Source: Methanosarcinales archaeon
Lineage (GTDB): Archaea; Halobacteriota; Methanosarcinia; Methanosarcinales; Methanocomedenaceae
DNA: 64,000 nucleotides
Assembly (NCBI GenBank): GCA_021108405.1
Contig: JAIOQW010000140.1
Coordinates: forward strand, 631-64,630
Reading direction: 5' to 3'
This document shows, one piece after another, positions 39,805 through 47,301 of the stretch. A program made the translations under genes and the position numbers. The notes beneath the pieces are model-generated. The model made no database searches, was not told the origin of the DNA, and saw only the letters and a list, made by a program, of their open reading frames with translations. The first letter of the stretch is position 1. Each line of letters opens with the position of its first letter.

Positions 39805-40614
39805 ATGAAAGATAAGACAATAGGATTTATTGGTACTGGGATGATGGGGGAGGCACTGATAAAAGGAATTACTAAAGCAGGTCTGGTGGAACGATCCAAA
39901 ATTTGTGCCTCTGATATTGATAAAAAAAAACTTGACCTCATGCATGAGGAGCTGGGTATTGCTGTCTCCACAGATAACAGAGTAGTTCTGGAGCAGGCTG
40001 ATACCATTATTCTGGCGATCAAGCCACAGATCATCCGTCATGTTTTGCAGGGGATCAGGGATTCAGTTTCTAAAAAGCATTTGTTTATTTCCATTGCTGC
40101 CGGGGTGAGCACTGGTAATCTGGCAGATGATCTGCCCGATGGTACACGAATTGTACGTGTCATGCCTAATATCTGTGCTACGGTAGGTGAAGCTGCTTCT
40201 GCCATTTGTCCTGGTAGTGCGGCTGATGATTCGGATGTGGAAACTGCCAGGTGGATATTAAATGCAGTAGGCAGGACTGTGGTAGTGGAGGAACATCTGA
40301 TGGATGCTGTTACTGGATTATCCGGCAGCGGGCCTGCATTTGTTTCTGTGGTCATCAGGGCACTTGCGGACGGAGGTGTCCACCAGGGGCTGGATAGAGC
40401 CACGGCCCGGACACTGGCTGCACAGACTGTACTGGGTACAGCAAGGATGGTACTGGACCTTGGATTGCATCCCGCCGAATTGAGGGATATGGTAAGCTCA
40501 CCTGCCGGAACAACTATACACGGGATAGAGGCATTGGAGAAAGGGCAGGTAAGAGCAGGTATAATGAGTGCGGTGATAGCAGCTTCCATGAGGTCAAACG
40601 AGCTGGGTAAATAA
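39805..40614 (+). CDS. proC: Pyrroline-5-carboxylate reductase
   Basis: IGFIGTGMMGEAL, ILAIKPQ, VRVMPN, GSGPAF, SPAGTT. Confidence 0.9.
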   Translation: MKDKTIGFIGTGMMGEALIKGITKAGLVERSKICASDIDKKKLDLMHEELGIAVSTDNRVVLEQADTIILAIKPQIIRHVLQGIRDSVSKKHLFISIAAGVSTGNLADDLPDGTRIVRVMPNICATVGEAASAICPGSAADDSDVETARWILNAVGRTVVVEEHLMDAVTGLSGSGPAFVSVVIRALADGGVHQGLDRATARTLAAQTVLGTARMVLDLGLHPAELRDMVSSPAGTTIHGIEALEKGQVRAGIMSAVIAASMRSNELGK

Positions 40615-40624
40615 TGAGGGTATT

Positions 40625-41212
40625 ATGTCTGTCGACGGTGCTAACCTGATCCTGCAGAAAAAACCGGCCTTAGCGTTGCTTGCTATTAACAGGGAAGAAG
40701 AAACCTATGCGTCCCTGATATCAAGGGAGATCGGATCTACTTTTGCACATACTGCAAATATTCTTGGTAAACTTGAAAGTGAAGGGCTGGTGCGGTTTGA
40801 GACAAGTGGTAATGATAACCGTGTAAAGAGTGTTGGTCTGACATCCAGAGGTAAAGCTACGGCTGTGCTGGTAGAGAAAATTGTTGCTGTTATGGATGAT
40901 ACTAAAACCGACAGTAAAAGAAAAACAATAGGCAAGAAGAAAGGCAAGCCAAAAAAGGATGTTAAAGGATTTGCCCAAAAGCTTGGAGTGATCAATAACA
41001 ATATCGAATTGGTCAAAAAGGAGGAACTGGGTAGCAAGAAGAGCATTTCCCAGGAGGATTTTGTACGCATTGGGCAGCGGCTCGGACCTTATCGCAGGGA
41101 GTTAAGGAAGATTATTAAGACGGGTAAGAAAGTAGAAATGAAACAAGCTGCAATATTGGATAAGAAGATAGATGATGTTCTTGGGGAAAGGGAGAGGCTA
41201 AGGGGACAGTAA
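40625..41212 (+). CDS. Winged-helix DNA-binding protein with Lys-rich C-terminal half
   Basis: ETYASLISREIGSTFAHTANILGKLESEGLVRFE is a MarR/ArsR-like wHTH. The rest is basic and low complexity. Confidence 0.5.
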   Translation: MSVDGANLILQKKPALALLAINREEETYASLISREIGSTFAHTANILGKLESEGLVRFETSGNDNRVKSVGLTSRGKATAVLVEKIVAVMDDTKTDSKRKTIGKKKGKPKKDVKGFAQKLGVINNNIELVKKEELGSKKSISQEDFVRIGQRLGPYRRELRKIIKTGKKVEMKQAAILDKKIDDVLGERERLRGQ

Positions 41213-41281
41213 GAAATATCTTAAGTGAACTACTCCCAGCTATTGCAAAAATTTTAAATCGTATATTTCGAATTGTTCACC

Positions 41282-42235
41282 TTATTCATTTGTCCAGTCG
41301 TTCATATCAAGTTTTATAGCGATTTTAACCTTTTCAGAAATACTTATGTTCTCAATATCTATCTTATCTAAGGCTTGCAGTCTTTTCTTTAACCCACATT
41401 GATTAGCATTTTGGATACTTAACCCTGGTCGGGCATTCAGTTCAAGCACAAGCGGTCCGACTTTGTTATCGATAGCTATGTCAACACCAAGATATCCGAG
41501 TCCTACTGCACAAAATGATTTAGTAGCCATTGTAAGAATATCATCCCAGAAAGGTATCTCAACCCCGACCAGAGAAGATCCCGTATCCGGGTGTGAATAT
41601 ACAGATCGGTCCTTACAGATTGCATGGACTGTCTTTCCTTCTGATATTTTAATTCCTGCCCCCAATGCTCCTTTATGGAGATTTGCTTTACCAGAAGACT
41701 CTTTTGTAGGTAATCGAACCATTGCCATTACTGGTATACCTTTATATACTATGATCCTGACATCAGGTACTCCCTCAAAAGAGACTTTCTCAAGAGATGA
41801 ATGAGATATAATTAAAGACTCTAAAAAGACCGTACTTGGGCTACCATCAATAGAATATACACCTTCAAGTATTTCCAGACAATGTTTTTGGATCTCTTTG
41901 AGAGTTATTAACTTACCGTTTGCCATTACCCAGTTATCTTCTACTCTACCCTTGATCACTACTATGCCTCTTCCACCTGCACCTACTGAAGGTTTTATTA
42001 CAAATTTGTCTGTTGTTAGTGATTTATCAAGATTTTTAAGTTCATGCACTTCCTTAAAAACACTATACACTTCAGAAAACGGAATGTTAAAATCCTTAAG
42101 AAGGTCTTTTGTCACGAGTTTATCATCTACTAAATTGAGCAATTTTCTCGGGTTTTTCGGGAAGATGAAACTAATGTTACGTTCATTTATTCCGATTATT
42201 TCCCTTTTATTACTGAATAATCCATATATGATCAT
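41282..42235 (-). CDS. Alpha-L-glutamate ligase-related ATP-grasp protein (RimK-related)
   Basis: GINERNISFIFPKNPRKLLNLVDDKLVTKDLL, FEGVPDVRIIVYKGIPVMAMVRLPTKESSGKANLHKGALGAGI, LGYLGVDIAID...PLVLELNARPGLSIQ. Confidence 0.8.
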   Translation of the reverse strand: MIIYGLFSNKREIIGINERNISFIFPKNPRKLLNLVDDKLVTKDLLKDFNIPFSEVYSVFKEVHELKNLDKSLTTDKFVIKPSVGAGGRGIVVIKGRVEDNWVMANGKLITLKEIQKHCLEILEGVYSIDGSPSTVFLESLIISHSSLEKVSFEGVPDVRIIVYKGIPVMAMVRLPTKESSGKANLHKGALGAGIKISEGKTVHAICKDRSVYSHPDTGSSLVGVEIPFWDDILTMATKSFCAVGLGYLGVDIAIDNKVGPLVLELNARPGLSIQNANQCGLKKRLQALDKIDIENISISEKVKIAIKLDMNDWTNE

Positions 42236-42239
42236 ACAT

Positions 42240-42866
42240 TTAACCTTTCATAACCCTGGAAAACCTGAAATACTCCACCATACGCAACCCTTTCCATCTT
42301 CCAAGAAGTATATTAAACCCTACAACCAGAAAGAGGATTTCCGGATGGGTCATAACAACTGCCTGAAGAGTGGGTTGGGAAATCACCAAAAAACAAATAA
42401 GTGAAACAAATAGTGTACCTAAACTGATTTTAAGAGCATCCCGAATTCCCTTCTCTACTGTAGTTTTCATAAAGTTCTCTATAATGATGGACATTATTAT
42501 TAATGGAAAAACAGTAATTGTCGCAAGTGATTGGTTGCCTGTTTTAATTCCGATTGTTATTAAAGCTGCTATTATTATACAGCACAATGTCAGCAATACA
42601 GCCAGTCTGGGTACCAACATGAGATTCAGGCGTTCAATATATTTTCGTACGAAAACACCTGTTATCAATAAAACGCCGAACAGGATCAAGCCTATAATCA
42701 AGCCGGAACTTAGAAAAGCTATTGACATTATAGCAGGTCCGAAAACACCATATGTTTGTAATCCGATAACATTTCTAAAAATAGCCACAATTGTAGCTGC
42801 AAACGGTAAAATAAGAATAAGTTTTAGAGTTTCAAGTGGAATATTTGATTCTGATACTTTTATCAT
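42240..42866 (-). CDS. Multi-TM protein, likely the 7TM module that partners RimK-related ATP-grasp ligases
   Basis: 208 aa with 6-7 hydrophobic helices. It lies 4 nt upstream of the ATP-grasp gene on the same strand. The family assignment comes from context and topology only. Confidence 0.5.
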   Translation of the reverse strand: MIKVSESNIPLETLKLILILPFAATIVAIFRNVIGLQTYGVFGPAIMSIAFLSSGLIIGLILFGVLLITGVFVRKYIERLNLMLVPRLAVLLTLCCIIIAALITIGIKTGNQSLATITVFPLIIMSIIIENFMKTTVEKGIRDALKISLGTLFVSLICFLVISQPTLQAVVMTHPEILFLVVGFNILLGRWKGLRMVEYFRFSRVMKG

Positions 42867-42919
42867 TGTATCGACTTTTACTTTTTCATAGTTATGAATA
42901 GTCTCCAGGTCTTCATCAT

Positions 42920-43705
42920 CTACTGTTGAAAATTTAATATTTTTTTATCCAGTATTTCTGTGACAGGGTTCTTCTGTATGGAAGATGTAAGTATTGCATC
43001 CCATACAAGATCAGAATCTTTTAAATCTGTTATAATAAGGTATTCCGGAGAAGCTGCCTTTTGTAAGATTAAGGCATGCTGCTTTAACACTTTTTCTCCT
43101 ATATCACTTGAAATGATTATTTTTTTATCATTCAATGAACCATATGAAGTTACATAGTCTATTATAACATTCAATCCTGTTATATCTTTTGAGAATATTA
43201 CAATATATTCAATATCTATAGTATCATCCGGAAACGTACCCGGGAAATATTTTGAGTCATAATCAATTCTTTTTTCAAGTACTGGTATCCCAACTGCTGT
43301 GGCATAATTTCCCATTAGTCTTACAAGATTATATTTAACCGAGTTATCATAAATTATCAGCATAGAGCTCATATTAGATTCTTCTGTGCTCTCTGGTTTA
43401 TTATCATCTATATCGCTATCTGATCCGGTGTCATCATCTTCATCACTGTCTACATCATCTGCTTCGCTATCTGATTCACTGTCATCATCTACACCGCTAT
43501 CTGTATCATCATCGTCATCCACATCGCTGTCTGACTCACTGTTATCATCTACATCACTGTCTGGTTCATCGTTGTCATCTCCATCACTATCTGACTCTGC
43601 TTGAGATATTTCTAGGTTTGTTAACGCTAGCAACCCACCAGTCAGAAGAATTGTGATAATCACTAATATGACCCTTATTCTCATATGTTCTAATTCCTTT
43701 TCCAT
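42920..43705 (-). CDS. Signal-anchored protein with ~70-aa Asp/Ser-rich repeat region and C-terminal globular domain
   Basis: N-terminal TM VILVIITILLTGGLLAL, six DSDxDDxxxx-type decamers, then about 150 aa of ordinary sequence. It is the first gene of the three-gene minus-strand cluster. Confidence 0.6.
   Translation of the reverse strand: MEKELEHMRIRVILVIITILLTGGLLALTNLEISQAESDSDGDDNDEPDSDVDDNSESDSDVDDDDDTDSGVDDDSESDSEADDVDSDEDDDTGSDSDIDDNKPESTEESNMSSMLIIYDNSVKYNLVRLMGNYATAVGIPVLEKRIDYDSKYFPGTFPDDTIDIEYIVIFSKDITGLNVIIDYVTSYGSLNDKKIIISSDIGEKVLKQHALILQKAASPEYLIITDLKDSDLVWDAILTSSIQKNPVTEILDKKILNFQQ
43390..43600 (-). repeat. In-frame ~30-bp periodic repeat encoding DSD(V/G/I)DD decamers
   Basis: The protein reads DSDGDDNDEP DSDVDDNSES DSDVDDDDDT DSGVDDDSES DSEADDV... 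DSDIDDNKPE. The shadow ORF on the opposite strand is correspondingly repetitive. Confidence 0.8.
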
Positions 43706-43711
43706 TATTTT

Positions 43712-43876
43712 TAGTATATCAAGTATAACTTGATATATCGAAAATGCTCACTCTGTTCACATTTTCTAATCTTCAGCTCTTTTATGAGCCTCGCTCGAAG
43801 ATTCTATGAATCTTCTAATCCTCCATTCCTCTGGAATGTCGGTCAAGAAAATCCTCCAGACGGGTAGATTTTGTTC
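43712..43876 (-). repeat. Full-length mosaic element in reverse orientation (F-E-D-C-B-A on the plus strand)
   Basis: TAGTATATCAAGTATAACTTGATATA; GAAAATGC-TCACTCTGTTC-ACATTTTC; D-like; GAAGATTC-TAT-GAATCTTC; CTCCATTCCTCTGGAATGTCGG; diverged A ending GATTTTGTTC. Confidence 0.85.
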
Positions 43877-44022
43877 TTATCTAACTTTCTTCACTTTGTT
43901 GTGACTTATTTATCATTATTTATACATTTCGGCTTACACAGTATCTTCAAATAACTTTTTGATATTTCTTCAATCAGCATCAATTTGCGTTTCCTACACG
44001 CTCCTTAAGTCGTTGCAGTCAT

Positions 44023-44041
44023 TCAACTCCGCAGGAGTTGA
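44023..44041. repeat. Isolated triloop hairpin TCAACTCC-GCA-GGAGTTGA
   Basis: 8-bp perfect stem and 3-nt loop, the same design as modules B, C and E. Confidence 0.6.
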
Positions 44042-44106
44042 TTCGATATTAGAATATATACAGCTGATAATTGCTTTTTTATACATATAATGAGTATTTA
44101 TAAGAA

Positions 44107-44619
44107 ATGATCAATCCCAGATCTCGAAGATATAATATTACAGCATATACAATGATTCTTCTAGCAGTGGTACTGTGGGATACATCTCTTGTAGTGGCTC
44201 CTTATTTTGCATATGTTGGCGGAATATACCAGAGCATATCAGATATTATTTATTTTAATTTCCATTTTTTATGTCATCAAATGCCTGAGCGCTCTTTGTT
44301 TATTTTAGGGAACAAAATGCCTGTATGTCTACGTTGTGCTGGTATTTATTTTGGATTTCTGATAGGAACTATCGCATACCCCTTTATCAGGGGCCTTGAA
44401 ACACGAGATATTCCCCATAAGTGGATATTAATTATAGCATTGTTGCCAGTTGGTATTGACGGCCTTACACAGCTTGTGGGACTCAGACAGAGTACTAACG
44501 ACCTGAGAGTAGTTACAGGTACGATCTTGGGTGTGCTATCTGCCTTTTTTATTGTGCCTGCATTTCTTCAGGTGTATGATGAAATGTGTAATTTTTTAAG
44601 AAAAAAATTAAATGACTGA
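44107..44619 (+). CDS. DUF2085-family membrane protein
   Basis: CHQMPERSLFILGNKMPVCLRCAGIYFG signature. 4-5 TM. Confidence 0.7.
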   Translation: MINPRSRRYNITAYTMILLAVVLWDTSLVVAPYFAYVGGIYQSISDIIYFNFHFLCHQMPERSLFILGNKMPVCLRCAGIYFGFLIGTIAYPFIRGLETRDIPHKWILIIALLPVGIDGLTQLVGLRQSTNDLRVVTGTILGVLSAFFIVPAFLQVYDEMCNFLRKKLND

Positions 44620-44700
44620 TCCACACTATTTATATATAAAAAGAGGAATTGATACTAATTTTTCCAAAAAGTATATAAGGAGAGTAACAGTTTATTATCA

Positions 44701-44762
44701 TAGTATATATTCCATAAGATTATATACTTAAGAAAATTCGAGCGTTAGCTAGGATTTTGTTC
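44701..44762 (-). repeat. Mosaic element H-A in reverse orientation
   Basis: TAGTATATATTCCATAAGATTATATACT + TAAGAAAATTCGAGCGTTAGCTAGGATTTTGTTC. Confidence 0.8.
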
Positions 44763-44795
44763 TTCAGATTATCTAATATCTTTAGGAGTATTTTT

Positions 44796-45236
44796 ATGGT
44801 TGATTTTAATAAATTGCAAAAACCTGTTTTAATTTCAGGAATTCCGGCTGGATTAATTTCAGTGATCCCATTTATACATTGTCTATGCTGCGTGTGGCTG
44901 ATACTGTTTGGTTTTCTATCAGCATATTTATTTAAAAAAGATACAGGAACTCTGGAAATCGAAGACGGTGTAATATCCGGAGCTCTAACTGGTTTAGTAG
45001 CATTTGTTATTATGATGATTTTATCTATAATCTTTATATTTTTTAAAGTTGGAATATCCCCTCTAATGGGAGAAGATATGGCAATGCAAGGTATTATGTC
45101 AGGTTTTTCTTTATTATTTATATTATTCACAGGGTTAATACAAATCATCGTATTTCCGATTTTCGGAGCAATTGGCGGAATAATTGGAGCTGTATTGTTG
45201 AAAGATAAAGAACTGAGTGAACAAAATCCTCGCTAA
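44796..45236 (+). CDS. Small polytopic membrane protein of unknown function
   Basis: 4 TM segments. The ATG at 44796 is preferred because the track start at 44757 lies inside the repeat. The last five codons and the stop (EQNPR*) are encoded by module A. Confidence 0.5.
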   Translation: MVDFNKLQKPVLISGIPAGLISVIPFIHCLCCVWLILFGFLSAYLFKKDTGTLEIEDGVISGALTGLVAFVIMMILSIIFIFFKVGISPLMGEDMAMQGIMSGFSLLFILFTGLIQIIVFPIFGAIGGIIGAVLLKDKELSEQNPR

Positions 45237-45502
45237 CGCTCGGATTTTCTTGACTGAAGCTCCGAAGGAGCTGAAGATTAGAAGATTCGTAGAATCTTCA
45301 CCTGAGGCTCTTAAAAGAGCCTAAGATTAGAAAATGTGAACGGAGTGAGCATTTTCGATATATCGAGTTATACCTGATAGAGGCTGTCCAACAATCCAAA
45401 ATCGGAAGAAAAAGAAAGGCAAATAGGGCTGTTAATCCAAAAACAAGTGAAATTTTTGATACCAAAAGCAATTGTGGGACAGCCTCGATATACTATAAAA
45501 AA
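45219..45502 (+). repeat. Full-length mosaic element A-B'-C-D-E-F, with F interrupted by a 107-bp insertion
   Basis: GAACAAAATCCTCGCTAACGCTCGGATTTTCTTGA; GAAGCTCC-GAA-GGAGCT; GAAGATTC-GTA-GAATCTTC; GGCTCTT-AA-AAGAGCC; GAAAATGT-GAACGGAGTGA-GCATTTTC; split F. Confidence 0.9.
45380..45486. mobile_element. Nested 107-bp TIR element inserted in module F, flanked by a GATA direct duplication
   Basis: 10-bp perfect TIRs GAGGCTGTCC / GGACAGCCTC. GATA occurs at 45376-45379 and again at 45487-45490, while intact F copies have a single GATA (ACTTGATATACT). Confidence 0.6.
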
Positions 45503-45611
45503 TTCCCATAAAGTATAAATGTTCGGAAATAATGATCAATGCATTATCTTTATAAAGGGTTACCAGTAAAAAGGTAACCACATAATATTATAATTATTCG
45601 GTGCATCAATC

Positions 45612-46676
45612 ATGTCAAATATTTCCATTAAAACGATAAATAAAAGTCATATAGATGAAGTTGATTTTGATAATCTAGGTTTTGGCGAGGTCTTTTCTGA
45701 TCATATGTTCAGTATGGATTATGAGAACGGGGAATGGATAAACCCGAGGATCGAACCATATGGAAATATTGAATTCGAACCTGCTATGTGCACACTTCAC
45801 TATGCTCAATCAGTCTTTGAAGGTCTGAAAGCCTTCCATGTTAATGATGGGAGTATTAATCTTTTCAGGCCCGAGATGAACCTTGAAAGGATGAACAGAT
45901 CCAACGACAGGATGTGCATTCCGCGTATAGATATTGATATGTTCTTTGATGCTATGACCACTCTCATCAAACTGGAGCGCAACTGGATACCTGATAAAAA
46001 AGGATATTCATTATATATACGGCCCTTTGTTTTCGGGACTGAGAATTTCCTTGGTGTGCATCCTTCAAACACATATCGTTTTATGATCATACTCTCACCG
46101 GTCGGTGCATACTACAAAGAAGGTTTCAATCCTGTTAGTCTGTTAGTACCTGAAGAATATGTCAGGGCTGTTAAAGGCGGAGTTGGTGAGGCAAAAACTT
46201 CAGGTAACTATGCTGCCAGTCTGCTGCCTGCCGAGATAGCACAGAAAAGGGGGTATACCCAGGTATTATGGCTTGATGGTGTAGAGCATAAATATATTGA
46301 TGAAGTAGGTACCATGAATATCTTCTTTGTTATTGATGATGAACTGGTAACACCACCACTGGAAGGTTCAATTTTAGGCGGTATAACCAGGGATTCTACC
46401 ATTCACCTGGCAAGAGACTGGGGTATGAAAGTATATGAGCGGCGCATTTCTATTGATGAGATCATTGAGAGATCAAAAGAGGATAGACTCAAAGGGGCCT
46501 TTGGTACTGGTACTGCAGCTGTCATATCCCCGGTAGGTGAGATCCGGTATAAGGATATTACGCTAAATATAAATGACGGGGAGATAGGTCCTATCGCCAG
46601 AAGATTGTATGATGAGATCACTGGTATACAGTACGGAGAAAAACCTGATAGATACGGGTGGATATACAAGATATAA
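45612..46676 (+). CDS. ilvE: Branched-chain amino acid aminotransferase
   Basis: 354 aa, class IV aminotransferase (YAQSVFEGLKAF, VGEAKTSGNYAASL, GTMNIFFV, GITRDS). Confidence 0.9.
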   Translation: MSNISIKTINKSHIDEVDFDNLGFGEVFSDHMFSMDYENGEWINPRIEPYGNIEFEPAMCTLHYAQSVFEGLKAFHVNDGSINLFRPEMNLERMNRSNDRMCIPRIDIDMFFDAMTTLIKLERNWIPDKKGYSLYIRPFVFGTENFLGVHPSNTYRFMIILSPVGAYYKEGFNPVSLLVPEEYVRAVKGGVGEAKTSGNYAASLLPAEIAQKRGYTQVLWLDGVEHKYIDEVGTMNIFFVIDDELVTPPLEGSILGGITRDSTIHLARDWGMKVYERRISIDEIIERSKEDRLKGAFGTGTAAVISPVGEIRYKDITLNINDGEIGPIARRLYDEITGIQYGEKPDRYGWIYKI

Positions 46677-46835
46677 AAATAAAATCCTCGCTAGCGCTCG
46701 GATTTTATTGACCGACATTCCAGAGAAATGGAGGATTAGAAGATTCGTAGAATCTTCGCCAGAGGCTCTTAAAAGAGCCGAAGAGTAGAAAATGTGAACG
46801 GAGTGAGCATTTTCGATATAGTTGTACTTAATACT
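46676..46835 (+). repeat. Full-length mosaic element A-B-C-D-E-(degenerate F)
   Basis: It starts at the ilvE stop codon and ends at the HNH gene ATG. Modules are as in 45219, except that B (CATTCC-AGA-GAAATG) replaces B'. Confidence 0.9.
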
Positions 46836-47264
46836 ATGAAAAAGACTAATATTAAAAGGACCATACAGTACCGCCGTAAGATCCAGCTTCTTACACAGTT
46901 GTTCAATAAAAGAAAAACTGAGCTATCAGCGGGATATCAGGGGTATCACGAACTTAAAGGGTTTGTGGATGAGTGTGAGCACTGGGGCATAATGGACCGC
47001 GGCCAGGAAAAGGCACTGGATGAGTGGATAGATTTTCTTAACCGCTGGCCTTTTGCAGGAGGAACAACGAAGAGTGCTTTAACACCATACCAGCGAAATA
47101 AGGCGATGGGGAAGCAACAGTTTATATGTACTATGTGCGGCAGGCCTGCAGAAGAGGTGCATCATATAATCCCAAGATCAAAGGGCGGTCGGAATACTTC
47201 TGGTAATCTTACTATATTGTGCAGGGAGTGTCATGAAAAAATTCATAAAAAAAAGAAAAAGTAG
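46836..47264 (+). CDS. Stand-alone HNH endonuclease
   Basis: CTMCGRPAEEVHHIIPRSKGGRNTSGNLTILCRECHEKIH. I did not recognise the N-terminal ~90 aa. The track start at 46794 lies inside the repeat, so the ATG at 46836 is preferred. Confidence 0.75.
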   Translation: MKKTNIKRTIQYRRKIQLLTQLFNKRKTELSAGYQGYHELKGFVDECEHWGIMDRGQEKALDEWIDFLNRWPFAGGTTKSALTPYQRNKAMGKQQFICTMCGRPAEEVHHIIPRSKGGRNTSGNLTILCRECHEKIHKKKKK

Positions 47265-47293
47265 GGATTTTAATTTAATAAATCCCTATTTTT
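47246..47293. terminator. Candidate bidirectional terminator between convergent genes
   Basis: GGGATTT-9 nt-AAATCCC hairpin (47264-47286), with an A-run on the left and TATTTTT on the right. It lies between the HNH stop (47264) and the cytochrome stop (47302). Confidence 0.45.
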
Positions 47294-47301
47294 AAAGTTA
47301 T

